From contig WWDN01000042.1 in the NCBI GenBank assembly GCA_035615875.1, positions 221-64,220 of the forward strand: a stretch of DNA of 64,000 nucleotides, written 5' to 3'. Under the pieces are notes generated by a model that worked only from the letters and a program-made list of their open reading frames with translations, made no database searches and had not been told where the DNA came from. Positions 26,416-35,472 of this stretch are shown here, piece by piece; position 1 is the first letter of the stretch, and each line of letters opens with the position of its first letter. The position numbers were made by a program, and so were the translations under genes. The stretch is from Thermodiscus sp. GTDB taxonomy: Archaea; Thermoproteota; Thermoprotei_A; Sulfolobales; Acidilobaceae.

Positions 26416-26896
26416 GTATTCGAGGTCCAAGCGCCGTTTCTATATAAACTAAGACGACATCCTCGCTGGCTTGAAGGGATCCCTCGTATACGTAGACCTC
26501 CTCTCCCTCCTCGTACCATTCAAGATCGTCTCTTCTAAACACTATGTAGTCGCCGGAGACGCTGGGCAGGTTTCCAATCCTCTCGCTTCTCAGGATTCCT
26601 ACTCGGACGAGTCGTGCGGGCCTCGGGAAAAGCATCCTTTGACTCTTGTATTTCGGGCTCTCTCCCATGACCTCTATAATGCCGGGGGCCTCCACGGTTA
26701 CCTCGAAGTAATCGCCTTCTCTGGCCTTAGTCGACTTCTCTATCACGTTGAGTAATATCTCTATAGGACTCCCGATCTCGATCGATTCGTATTCCCTACC
26801 GGGTCTAAGGATCCCGATTTCAACGGGCCCGTAAGTCTTCTTGTCAGCGACAAACCATTTTATAGTAACTTTCACGTTGCCGGAGGTTTTAGACAT
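26348..26896 (-). CDS. hypothetical protein
   Basis: 182-aa ORF with balanced composition. Its 3' end overlaps 26110..26415 convergently by 68 nt. Confidence 0.45.
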   Translation of the reverse strand: MSKTSGNVKVTIKWFVADKKTYGPVEIGILRPGREYESIEIGSPIEILLNVIEKSTKAREGDYFEVTVEAPGIIEVMGESPKYKSQRMLFPRPARLVRVGILRSERIGNLPSVSGDYIVFRRDDLEWYEEGEEVYVYEGSLQASEDVVLVYIETALGPRILIPPGREKILRDALSHTLSSAE

Positions 26897-26975
26897 AGTT
26901 GTCTCCCGTCAGTATCTAGGATCGAGCCTCGAATTATTAACCTAGTCCGACATCCATGGTTAAACGTATCTTGGG

Positions 26976-28184
26976 GTGAGCCACTTGAAGGCGCCAACCG
27001 AGATCTTGAACCCTGCAATGTATGAGATCATAGGTGAGACAGCATTCTCCTACCTAGCCACCGTGAGAAAGCTAAGGAGCGAGGGCAAGGATGTTGTGAG
27101 TTTCGGCATAGGACAACCGGACTTTCCAACACCTAAACACATAGTGGAAGCCGCTAAGAAAGCCCTCGACGAGGGATTTACGGGATACACGGAGACTGCT
27201 GGAATACCAGAGCTGAGAGAAGCTATATCGGAATACCTCTCGCGCTACGGTAAGGTGTCTCCGGACGAGATAATAGTAACCACTGGAGCCAAGACGGCGA
27301 TATTCCTGGGGATATCAGCGTTTCTCAAGCCGGGAGACGAGATCATAATACTCGACCCCAGCTACTACGCCTATAGTCAGATAGCAAAGTTCATCGGGGC
27401 CAAGCCAGTCTTCCTCCCAATGAACTTCGAGCCCGACAAGGGCTTCAGTATAGACGTTGAACGGTTGGAGGATATGATAACAGATAAGACGAGGGGTATA
27501 GCCATAAACAATCCCCATAACCCGACGGGAACCGTGTTCACGCCAGAGGAGCTAGATTATGTGATGGACTTGGCCAGGAAACACAATCTAGTAATATTCG
27601 TCGACGAGATTTATGATAACTTCGTCTTTCACGGCGCCCGGTTCAAGAGCTTCCTCTCATACCCCGACTGGAGAGACTATGTAGTTTACATCAACGGTTT
27701 CTCGAAGACCTTTAGCATGACCGGGTGGAGGCTCGGATACGTCGTTGTGAGAGAGGAGGTAGTACCCAGGCTCCTAGACCTGGCCGTCTCTCTCTACAGT
27801 TGCGCCCCTAGCTTCGTGCAGAAGGCCGGAGTGGAGGCCCTGAAAGGCGACTGGACGCCTGTAAACCGCATGATAGAGGAGTTCGAGAGGAGGTCCAAGA
27901 GGCTATACGAGATACTCTCGGAGGCGGAGGGTATAGAGGCTTATCTCCCTATGGGGGCCTTCTACATGTTTCCACGAGTCAAGACGTTGCTTGAGAAGTC
28001 TAAGCTAGATGTCTACAAGCTAGTAGATAAGCTACTCTACGACTACCTGGTTCTCGTGTTGCCAGGGACCAGCTTCCCGGGCAACATTGGGAGGGACTAT
28101 GTAAGGCTGAGCTTCGCCACGTCAATGGAGGATATAGAAAAGGGTGCGCAGAGGATAGTTAAGGCGTCTAAAGAGCTGGTTTAG
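26976..28184 (+). CDS. aspartate/aromatic aminotransferase (PLP class I)
   Basis: NNPHNPTG, and NGFSKTFSMTGWRLGY with the PLP lysine. GTG start. Confidence 0.85.
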   Translation: MSHLKAPTEILNPAMYEIIGETAFSYLATVRKLRSEGKDVVSFGIGQPDFPTPKHIVEAAKKALDEGFTGYTETAGIPELREAISEYLSRYGKVSPDEIIVTTGAKTAIFLGISAFLKPGDEIIILDPSYYAYSQIAKFIGAKPVFLPMNFEPDKGFSIDVERLEDMITDKTRGIAINNPHNPTGTVFTPEELDYVMDLARKHNLVIFVDEIYDNFVFHGARFKSFLSYPDWRDYVVYINGFSKTFSMTGWRLGYVVVREEVVPRLLDLAVSLYSCAPSFVQKAGVEALKGDWTPVNRMIEEFERRSKRLYEILSEAEGIEAYLPMGAFYMFPRVKTLLEKSKLDVYKLVDKLLYDYLVLVLPGTSFPGNIGRDYVRLSFATSMEDIEKGAQRIVKASKELV

Positions 28185-28188
28185 AACA

Positions 28189-28677
28189 CTATCGCTTGTA
28201 TCCTATCTTTCTGAGGAATTCTTTTCTCTCCTTTACGTCTTCTTCTCCCTCAACACCCAATGGTGTAAAGCCGTCGGCCACGCCTAGTAGAGCGCGCTGG
28301 TCGCCTAGATCGGCTACAATAACTTTTAGTGGGTTCGCAGTGGCTGTTTCAATGCTAACTACTTCTTGGACGTTCTTTAGAGCGTTCAATACGTTAATGG
28401 GCCAGCCTCCCTTCAGGTATATAACGAACACGTGTCCGGCGGCTATTCTCTTACAGGCGTCTACAGCCATGTTGATTAGTTCTTCGTCGTTTCCGTCTCT
28501 CCTGATTAGTCGTTTGGCGCTTGCTTCGCAGAATGCTATTCCGAATCTCAGTGAGGGGCACGAGGTTACAAGCGCCTCGTATAGGTCTTCTACGGTCTTT
28601 ATGAAGTGGCTCTTGCCTATGATTACGTTGGTCCCGTCTCCCAGGGGTATCTCTATTACTTCGAGTTTTAGGGACAT
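28189..28677 (-). CDS. adenosine-specific kinase family protein (PAE2307-like)
   Basis: [44 protein letters not shown] and LRKIGYK recalled as family-typical. Confidence 0.55.
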   Translation of the reverse strand: MSLKLEVIEIPLGDGTNVIIGKSHFIKTVEDLYEALVTSCPSLRFGIAFCEASAKRLIRRDGNDEELINMAVDACKRIAAGHVFVIYLKGGWPINVLNALKNVQEVVSIETATANPLKVIVADLGDQRALLGVADGFTPLGVEGEEDVKERKEFLRKIGYKR

Positions 28678-28785
28678 GGCGTGTATCCCCTGTCTTTGAT
28701 AGTGTGTCTCTGGGGTTATTCACTGTTACAACAGGAACGAAGAGATAAAATAAAATAAATAATTGGTTTTGCACTTGCTTGGGGG

Positions 28786-30042
28786 CTAGATCCATCCCCT
28801 TAGCTTCATAGCCTTGACGACTCTCTCGACGGCGATAGCGTAAGCCGCCGTCCTCATGTTGTACTTGCTTGTGTCTAGCTTGTTCTGCCAGTAATCCCAT
28901 ACCTTGTTGGTGTTGTTGACCATCTTCATCTCTAGCCTCGACTTTGCCTCCTCTTCCGTGATCCATCCGCCCATCCTGTTGTTTACCCACTCTATGTGGC
29001 TCATGATGACGCCGCCAGCGTTGGCAAGGATGTCGGGTATGACGATTATACCCTTCTTCGTGAGAACTACTTCGGCCTCGGGGGTGGTCGGCCCGTTTGC
29101 GGCCTCTGCTATTATCTTAGCCTTTATCTTGTCAGCGTTGGCCTCGGTGATCACGTTCTCTATAGCGGCTGGCACTAGTATGTCGACGTCGAGCTCAAGG
29201 AGTTCTTCATTTGTTAGCTTCTTCACTGCCTTGGGATAGTTCAGCACGGTTCCGGTCTCGTTCTTTATCTTCTTGGCCTCGTCGGGGTCGATCCCATCTG
29301 GGTTAAAGACTCCTCCTCTGCTGTCGCTTACAGCAATCACTTTGGCTCCCATTTCACTCAGGAATTTAGCTGCGTAGTAGCCAGCGTTACCGTAGCCCTG
29401 CACTGCAACGGTCTTGCCTTCGACGCCTCCCCATAGCTTCTTAGCAACCTCTCTGGCGGATACTGCTGTTCCGTAGCCAGTGGCTATGATCCTAGTGTAC
29501 ATTCCGCCTAGCTCAACCGGCTTGCCAGTTACAACTCCGAAGTACTGGCCTCTCTTCACCCTACTGTACGCTTCGAAGTACCAAGCCATCACCTGTGGAT
29601 TCGTGTAGACGTCTGGTGCTGGGATGTCCTGGTCAGGGCCTACTAGGTCGCTGATAGCCTCGAAGTACGCTTTTGACAGCCTCTCCAGCTCGCCTGGGCT
29701 AAGCTTGTGGGGGTCTACGCGGATACCGCCCTTACCACCGCCGTAGGGCAGGCCTGCTAGGCTGTTCTTCCAGGTCATCCACATGCTCAGTGCTATGACT
29801 TCGTGGGCGTCTGTATTGGGGTGGTATCTGATCCCGCCCTTGTAGGGGCCGAGGGCGCTGTTGTGTTGGCTTCTCCAGGCAATGAAGACTTTGACTGTAC
29901 CATCGTCCATCTTCACGGGTAGCCTGACCTGTAGGAGCCTCTCGGGGACTGCAAGTATCTCATAGATCTCCTCGCCGAGGCCTAGGAGCTCTATTGTTTG
30001 GCGAAGCTGCTTCTTCGCTTCCTCATAAGGATCGTGAACCAT
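28786..30042 (-). CDS. gdhA: glutamate dehydrogenase
   Basis: GPYKGGIRYHP, LPYGGGKGG and VAVQGYGNAG. ATG at 30042 (MVHDPYEEAKKQL) preferred over the track start. Confidence 0.9.
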   Translation of the reverse strand: MVHDPYEEAKKQLRQTIELLGLGEEIYEILAVPERLLQVRLPVKMDDGTVKVFIAWRSQHNSALGPYKGGIRYHPNTDAHEVIALSMWMTWKNSLAGLPYGGGKGGIRVDPHKLSPGELERLSKAYFEAISDLVGPDQDIPAPDVYTNPQVMAWYFEAYSRVKRGQYFGVVTGKPVELGGMYTRIIATGYGTAVSAREVAKKLWGGVEGKTVAVQGYGNAGYYAAKFLSEMGAKVIAVSDSRGGVFNPDGIDPDEAKKIKNETGTVLNYPKAVKKLTNEELLELDVDILVPAAIENVITEANADKIKAKIIAEAANGPTTPEAEVVLTKKGIIVIPDILANAGGVIMSHIEWVNNRMGGWITEEEAKSRLEMKMVNNTNKVWDYWQNKLDTSKYNMRTAAYAIAVERVVKAMKLRGWI

Positions 30043-30336
30043 GGTCACAGGCACACACCTCATGTTGTCGAGTAGCAGATATTCACATATGACTATATAA
30101 ACAATCTCACGGCTAAACAAGTCCCCCAATAGTGGGCCTAATATCTACAAGACGAGGAACTGCTAAGGCTGTACGGGGGGTCAGAGACCCCGGCCTCACT
30201 GCAATCTCCTGCAGGCATGCTCGGCGGGGCGTCGCGCCCCCCATTATATAGATTCAAATACTGAGAAGTTCTTAGGAGTTTCGCTGGAGCGTCTCAAGAG
30301 GAGAGCGTGAGAAATTTGGTGAATAAACGCGTCTAC

Positions 30337-31155
30337 ATGATAACGGACTTCGGGGAGGGACCCTATGTTGGCGTGCTAAGAGCCGTCGTGAAATCGATAG
30401 ACGAGGACCTAGAGCTTATCGAGATAGACAACTCTGTACCCAGCTTCAAGATTATAGCGGGAGCCTACATACTCGTCAGCACATACTTCTGGGCTGATAA
30501 GGGATCCGTGATCGTGGGGGTCGTCGACCCAGGAGTCGGGACTACCAGGGACGCGGTGCTAGTAGAGGCCGGGGACTACACGTTCGTGGGTCCGAATAAC
30601 GGGCTCCTCTACCCAGCCATAACGAGGGAGGGATTCAAGAGGGGCGTAGCACTAATCCCCAATAGGGTAGTAGAAATAGCTGCTAGTAGGTACAAGGGCA
30701 AGCTGCCTGGAGGCAAGTGGCCCCTCTCCAACACGTTCCATGCAAGGGACGTCTTCGTCCCAGCGGCAGCGCTCTACGCCTCTGGAATAGACATGGAGTT
30801 GCTCGGCACTCCTATAGAGCAGGAGGCTTTGAAGAGGCTCGTGCTTGAGCACGTCGAGGAGGTAGAGGAGGGCTATAGGGTTAAAGTAATCTACATAGAC
30901 AAGTTCGGCAATATAGCTCTAAGCGCGCGGCAAGGACTCCTGCCAATAATGTCGTGGAACAAGGTCATGATTATGACAGATACCGGTTCGGCGACTGCAA
31001 CTATAGGCCGTAAGTTCGAGGACGTCCAGGTAGGAGAATTCGTGATGTATGTAAATAGTTTCGGGTTCATAGAAATAGCGGTCAACCAGGGTGATGCAGC
31101 CAAGAAACTAAGGGTCGACATAGGCGACCAGATTATAATAACTCCCCTAGAGTAG
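30337..31155 (+). CDS. SAM hydroxide adenosyltransferase (DUF62, chlorinase/fluorinase-like)
   Basis: TDFGEGPYVGVLRAV, GVVDPGVGTTR, GPNNGLL and IYIDKFGN. Confidence 0.7.
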   Translation: MITDFGEGPYVGVLRAVVKSIDEDLELIEIDNSVPSFKIIAGAYILVSTYFWADKGSVIVGVVDPGVGTTRDAVLVEAGDYTFVGPNNGLLYPAITREGFKRGVALIPNRVVEIAASRYKGKLPGGKWPLSNTFHARDVFVPAAALYASGIDMELLGTPIEQEALKRLVLEHVEEVEEGYRVKVIYIDKFGNIALSARQGLLPIMSWNKVMIMTDTGSATATIGRKFEDVQVGEFVMYVNSFGFIEIAVNQGDAAKKLRVDIGDQIIITPLE

Positions 31156-31184
31156 CCCCGCCCCCGTGTATATGTTGGGCGGTA

Positions 31185-31673
31185 TCACTCCATAGTCAGG
31201 GTCTCGATCTCAAGTCCAGCGAAGAACCCTCTAAACCTATCGTAATCCCTACAGTCAAGTATCACATCACTACCCTCTATTATAATGGATAAACCTTCCA
31301 GGGGATGCGAGGGCGGATCATACTTGATAGACGACGGCTTTATTGTCCCAGCATAGATCCAGCGCGTCCCCTCCTTCCTCCACCAGTACCTACCATAATA
31401 CTCGTATATTCTCCTCCTACCGTCTGGCAGCCTCTTGTAGACCTTATGCACAGGCTTGAGATAATAACCTGTATGGGAGATTAAGCTGTTATACTCATAG
31501 AAGGGTTGTTTTATCTCGTCGACAAGATCCCTAAGCCTCGACAATCCTCCACGGACTATGATTCTACAGTCAGACGGGAGCTCCTTCGGCTCTTCCTTCT
31601 CACCGCCCCGGGCCGGGCTCTGCTCGTCGCAGGCTTCCATCATCGCTCCCGTCCATAGCACAAGGGGGCGCAA
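31185..31673 (-). CDS. hypothetical protein, last gene of the nmd3-aIF1A-rio1-KH string
   Basis: 162-aa ORF with an aromatic/basic core (YEYYGRYWWRKEGTRWIY). No motif recognised. Confidence 0.45.
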   Translation of the reverse strand: MRPLVLWTGAMMEACDEQSPARGGEKEEPKELPSDCRIIVRGGLSRLRDLVDEIKQPFYEYNSLISHTGYYLKPVHKVYKRLPDGRRRIYEYYGRYWWRKEGTRWIYAGTIKPSSIKYDPPSHPLEGLSIIIEGSDVILDCRDYDRFRGFFAGLEIETLTME

Positions 31674-31697
31674 CCAGGGGAAATAACTCTAAAGCGG

Positions 31698-32306
31698 TTA
31701 GGGACCCTCCAGTTCCTCCCTAGCCCATAGACGTAACGCCTCTCTCCTCTTCACTTCTCTCAGTACTCTGTCCAGGTACTTGTATACCGTGCTGTGCATG
31801 CGTCCCTCTGCAAGCATCTCGACGGCTTTCTTGGCGGCCATGGCCCGCTCGTATTCGCCTATTATGGCTACATAATAGTCGCCAACAAATATGTCGGTCC
31901 CAGTCATCTCCTCGATGGCCTTCCTCGCCCGTCCACCCTCTCCTATGATCCGTCCCTTCACTCTCTTCAAGTGGTTGGGTGAATCGCCTACTATCTGTTT
32001 TAAATCAACGATAACAAGTATCTGGTCCTCGTCCATTAACCGATACGCCTTGTCAGGCGGGAATCCGTACGCGATCGCCTTTACAACCTCGCCAGCTTTC
32101 ATCATGTTGATAGGGGGCACATTGCTGGCCTCGGGCTCCACAATTACCAGGGAGTTCTCGCTATCAATAGTCAGCTTTACTCCGAGCCTCTCAACCAGGT
32201 ACCTCTTCACCTCGCCCTGCCTACCGATAACGGCTCCAATCCTGTCAATAGGAACTTTCACGTAGATTCTCGGTCTAGCTTCCCTTCCCTCCATGCTGCT
32301 AGACAC
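31698..32306 (-). CDS. KH-domain RNA-binding protein (archaeal Dim2/Pno1 homolog)
   Basis: Two KH modules with GxxG loops (IGRQGEVKR, IGEGGRARKAIE). Lies immediately downstream of rio1. Confidence 0.75.
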   Translation of the reverse strand: MSSSMEGREARPRIYVKVPIDRIGAVIGRQGEVKRYLVERLGVKLTIDSENSLVIVEPEASNVPPINMMKAGEVVKAIAYGFPPDKAYRLMDEDQILVIVDLKQIVGDSPNHLKRVKGRIIGEGGRARKAIEEMTGTDIFVGDYYVAIIGEYERAMAAKKAVEMLAEGRMHSTVYKYLDRVLREVKRREALRLWAREELEGP

Positions 32307-33076
32307 CCCCTAATCCGCCTCTCCACACTACTCCAGCCACTCATATCAATGTATCTAGAGAAGAACGCGTAAATGTTGCTAAGATCCCTGTCCAGGAATT
32401 CATCGGCGTGCGGGTGGTTATAGTGAACCGCCTGGCTCACGTCGATAACCCATACTCCGCCGTTATAGACTATTAAGTTATACTCGCTTAGATCCGCGTG
32501 GACTAGACCTGCCCTACAAACTATTCCTTCAACTTGATTAACTACGTCAAGATAAACGTTATGCATCTCTTCCCTGTCAAGTTCATCGGCTATCTCAACC
32601 AGCAGGGGAGCCCGCAACCCGTCCTCTCCTATAAACTCCATCACAAGTATATTACCCATATACGCTATAGGACGGGGGACCCTCACACCTTTCTCATATA
32701 GCCGTTTCAGGTTCCGGAACTCCTTCCTCGTCCACTCGTATATTAGCTTCCTGAAGTTATTCTTTGGTATGTTCTCGAAGCGGGGATCGCCCTCAATGTA
32801 TTTCCTAATGCTCTTCCTAAACTCGGCTGTGAAGGACAGGTAGATTTTAACCGCGGCATAGCTTCCATCGTGCAGGACGCCCAAGTAAACCCGTGCCTCT
32901 TTCCCAGCGTTTACAACACCTTTTAACTCCTTGATCACGCCTTTCGATAGTAGCTTGTAGAGGAGTGATGTAGTGAAGGAGTCAAATACCTCCTCAACCG
33001 TCTTTAAGAGATCCCTATCCTTTATCCTCTTCTCCTCTCTCCGCTGGCGTTTCAGCCACCGGCCCCTACCAGGCAC
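32258..33076 (-). CDS. rio1: RIO1-type atypical serine protein kinase
   Basis: VVNAGKEARVY, AVKIY, LVHADLSEYN, VIDVSQAV. Confidence 0.85.
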   Translation of the reverse strand: MPGRGRWLKRQRREEKRIKDRDLLKTVEEVFDSFTTSLLYKLLSKGVIKELKGVVNAGKEARVYLGVLHDGSYAAVKIYLSFTAEFRKSIRKYIEGDPRFENIPKNNFRKLIYEWTRKEFRNLKRLYEKGVRVPRPIAYMGNILVMEFIGEDGLRAPLLVEIADELDREEMHNVYLDVVNQVEGIVCRAGLVHADLSEYNLIVYNGGVWVIDVSQAVHYNHPHADEFLDRDLSNIYAFFSRYIDMSGWSSVERRIRGCLAAWREGKLDREST

Positions 33077-33077
33077 T

Positions 33078-33410
33078 CTATTCCATACCCTCCTCTATGA
33101 ACTCCTCCGAGATCAACCCCATCTCTATGAGCTTTTTAACTTCGTCCTTGAGGTATCTGTAGACGACCTCGCCCTTCATATCACGCGAGCCCCAGGGCAG
33201 GAAGAGTATGACATCGCCTTCTCTCATCCAGGCTCTCCTCCTCATTTTACCAGGGATCCAAGCCTTGTAGATGTCACCATCGGTGCAGAAGACCTCCAGG
33301 AACCCTCCGCCCAGGTTTCTTCTAACAACGCATAGAAGAGTGCCCTCCTCGTCGCTGGGAAGCGGCATCTCGCCCTTGGAACGGTCTCTTCCTCTCCCTC
33401 TTCTAGCCAT
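33078..33410 (-). CDS. eif1A: translation initiation factor aIF-1A
   Basis: 110 aa. S1/OB fold (FLEVFCTDGDIYKAWIPGKMRRRAWMREGDVILF). Confidence 0.9.
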   Translation of the reverse strand: MARRGRGRDRSKGEMPLPSDEEGTLLCVVRRNLGGGFLEVFCTDGDIYKAWIPGKMRRRAWMREGDVILFLPWGSRDMKGEVVYRYLKDEVKKLIEMGLISEEFIEEGME

Positions 33411-33416
33411 GTCTAT

Positions 33417-34526
33417 TCACCCGTCATCAACCCGCTTAACCACGTAAATCCTGTTGCCTGCCAGGAAGACTTTATACTCTCCTCCCTCGTGGAAATCCCC
33501 TGTATATACTCTGACCACTTCGGATGGGACCTCGATCACCTTACTATAGTTGGATTCAGCGTCGAGAAACACTGTAGTGGGCCCGCCCCTACTCAATAAC
33601 ATGTACCTCTTCATCATAGGGCCGCCCGGATACTGCTGGAAGCCCTTCTGCCATAGCGAGTCGACCGACATATGGACCTCCCTGCCACTGTTAAGGTCTA
33701 CTAGGAGGGCGTTACCCCCCGTGGACACAGTCAGGAAGATGTACGGCCTGTTATCTATCAGCACAACGTCGCCATGCTTGATGTCGGGGATCCTAACTGA
33801 GATGGTCAGCCGACCCTTCCTGGTCCCATCGGGGTTCCTGCCTACGAGCTTGAACGTTTCTATGATCTTAGCCATAAAGTTAGACCGTATCTTGGAAGCT
33901 ATCATCCTGGCTATAGATGGATCATCGATGAGTATATCGAATCCCTCCCTATACTCCTCTACGCCTATAATAGAATCCTGGAGCCTAGGAGACAACTCGT
34001 CCTGGAGGAACTCGTCAATCCTACGCCTCAAATCCTCGTTCAACTTACCACTACTGCTTCTAATCTGCAATACAGCATTGTACCCCCTCTTAGTTATCCT
34101 ACGTGCACAGTACGGGCACACCGCAGCGTTAACCTTAACTAAGACTGCTTTGTCCTCTCTAACCTCCACTCCTCCCGCTTGCCCTGCGAGCCTGACGAGC
34201 ACGGTATAGATGCCAGGCCCGTTGAACGGTCTCTCGAATCGTATATCCTCGATCCAAACCTCCTCAAGGTGTTCAGACGCCCTGAGCTTCTTGGTGAGGA
34301 CCATTGCTAGGTAATCAGTGATGGTATCTTCGAAGCCTCCAGTGGGCTCATTCCATCCGCCCTGGTACTTGAACCTACCACAATACTTACAGTAGACGAA
34401 GTCAACCTGGCCGGGTAAACTACCGACTCCATAGACCTCTACGTAGCACTCCCTGCAGAGAGGGCCAATGAACTCCAGCTCTCTATCGCTCCTACCACAC
34501 CTTGGACAGACTCTCTCGCCTATATC
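33417..34526 (-). CDS. nmd3: NMD3-family ribosome export/biogenesis factor (5' end extended beyond the track ORF)
   Basis: The track ORF (33417..34304) continues in frame upstream for 74 codons. These encode CPRCGRSDRELEFIGPLCRECY...VYCKYCGRFKYQGGW, the NMD3 zinc-binding N-terminus. The in-frame stop is at 34527-34529. There is no ATG/GTG/TTG in the extension; ATA lies at 34521-34523. Confidence 0.75.
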   Translation of the reverse strand, partial: DIGERVCPRCGRSDRELEFIGPLCRECYVEVYGVGSLPGQVDFVYCKYCGRFKYQGGWNEPTGGFEDTITDYLAMVLTKKLRASEHLEEVWIEDIRFERPFNGPGIYTVLVRLAGQAGGVEVREDKAVLVKVNAAVCPYCARRITKRGYNAVLQIRSSSGKLNEDLRRRIDEFLQDELSPRLQDSIIGVEEYREGFDILIDDPSIARMIASKIRSNFMAKIIETFKLVGRNPDGTRKGRLTISVRIPDIKHGDVVLIDNRPYIFLTVSTGGNALLVDLNSGREVHMSVDSLWQKGFQQYPGGPMMKRYMLLSRGGPTTVFLDAESNYSKVIEVPSEVVRVYTGDFHEGGEYKVFLAGNRIYVVKRVDDG

Positions 34527-34608
34527 CTATCCCCCTCTCAGCCTATGTCCAGCATCGAGAAGATTTATCTCCAATGCAAGACTACAATAGCGGTATAGGG
34601 TGAGCGGG

Positions 34609-35472
34609 ATGGGGGATAAGGTCTCTATCATAGGTACTGGCAGGATGGGGTCAGCAGCGGCCAAACGCTTGGCAGCAAAGGGATACCAGCTCATACTATG
34701 GAATAGGACTAAGGCGAAAGCCGAAAAGCTTGCCAGAGAACTCAATGCTATAGTCGCTAGATCGCCGTTCGACGCGGTCCAAGAGGCTCGATACGCTATA
34801 CTGTTCCTGGCAGACGAGGACTCCGTCTACTCGGTCCTAAGCACGTTCCATAGGCTCGATGGAGCCGTAATAATAAACTCTGCAACTGTAACGCCCCACG
34901 CCTCGACGCGATTCTACGAGTTCGTGAAATCCCTTGGAGGATGCTACGTGGAAGCGCCAGTCCTAGGTGGTCCTTCGGCAGTAGAGAAAGGGAAAGCTCT
35001 ATTCGTGGTTAGCGGCGAGAGACTATGCGTAAATGCCGCGAAACCGTTGCTCGACGATCTGGCCGGGGAGGCTATAGTCGTTGGTGAAGAGCCTGAAAAG
35101 GCTGCTGCATTGAAGCTAGCGTTCAACTCGTTGTTAATCGGGAATCTACAGCTTCTCGCGGAGGCGGCTCTGCTCTCGGAGTCATATGGCGTTGACGCTA
35201 GTGTCTTCAAGGAGGTACTTGGCAAGACTGTTTTCGCCAGTATAGTGGAGAAGTATTTGGACAGGATGAAGAGGGACCCCCACGAGCCGGCCTCCTTCAC
35301 GTTGAAGCTGGCCATGAAGGACCTAGACTATGCGGTTAGGGCTGGATTCTATAAGGGAATCGCCGAGCCAGCGATCTCCGCGACTCTGAATACTTACAGG
35401 CTAGCCGTGAAGCATGGCTTCTCCGAATCCGATTACACTAGGATCTATCACATGTTGAAGGGGAAAGACTAG
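34609..35472 (+). CDS. beta-hydroxyacid dehydrogenase (6-phosphogluconate/3-hydroxyisobutyrate dehydrogenase family)
   Basis: VSIIGTGRMGSAAAKRLAAKGY Rossmann motif, PVLGG, LKLAMKDL. An ATG at 34609 is preceded by an SD-like GGGTGA; a GTG at 34600 is also possible. Confidence 0.75.
   Translation: MGDKVSIIGTGRMGSAAAKRLAAKGYQLILWNRTKAKAEKLARELNAIVARSPFDAVQEARYAILFLADEDSVYSVLSTFHRLDGAVIINSATVTPHASTRFYEFVKSLGGCYVEAPVLGGPSAVEKGKALFVVSGERLCVNAAKPLLDDLAGEAIVVGEEPEKAAALKLAFNSLLIGNLQLLAEAALLSESYGVDASVFKEVLGKTVFASIVEKYLDRMKRDPHEPASFTLKLAMKDLDYAVRAGFYKGIAEPAISATLNTYRLAVKHGFSESDYTRIYHMLKGKD

Noticed and set aside
28196-28990. ORFs 28196..28699 (+) and 28451..28990 (-) as real genes
   Set aside because: The first is antisense to the adenosine-specific-kinase-family gene. 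The second is an Arg/Gln/Gly-rich frame overlapping that gene, the spacer and the gdhA 3' end. Neither has a credible protein sequence.
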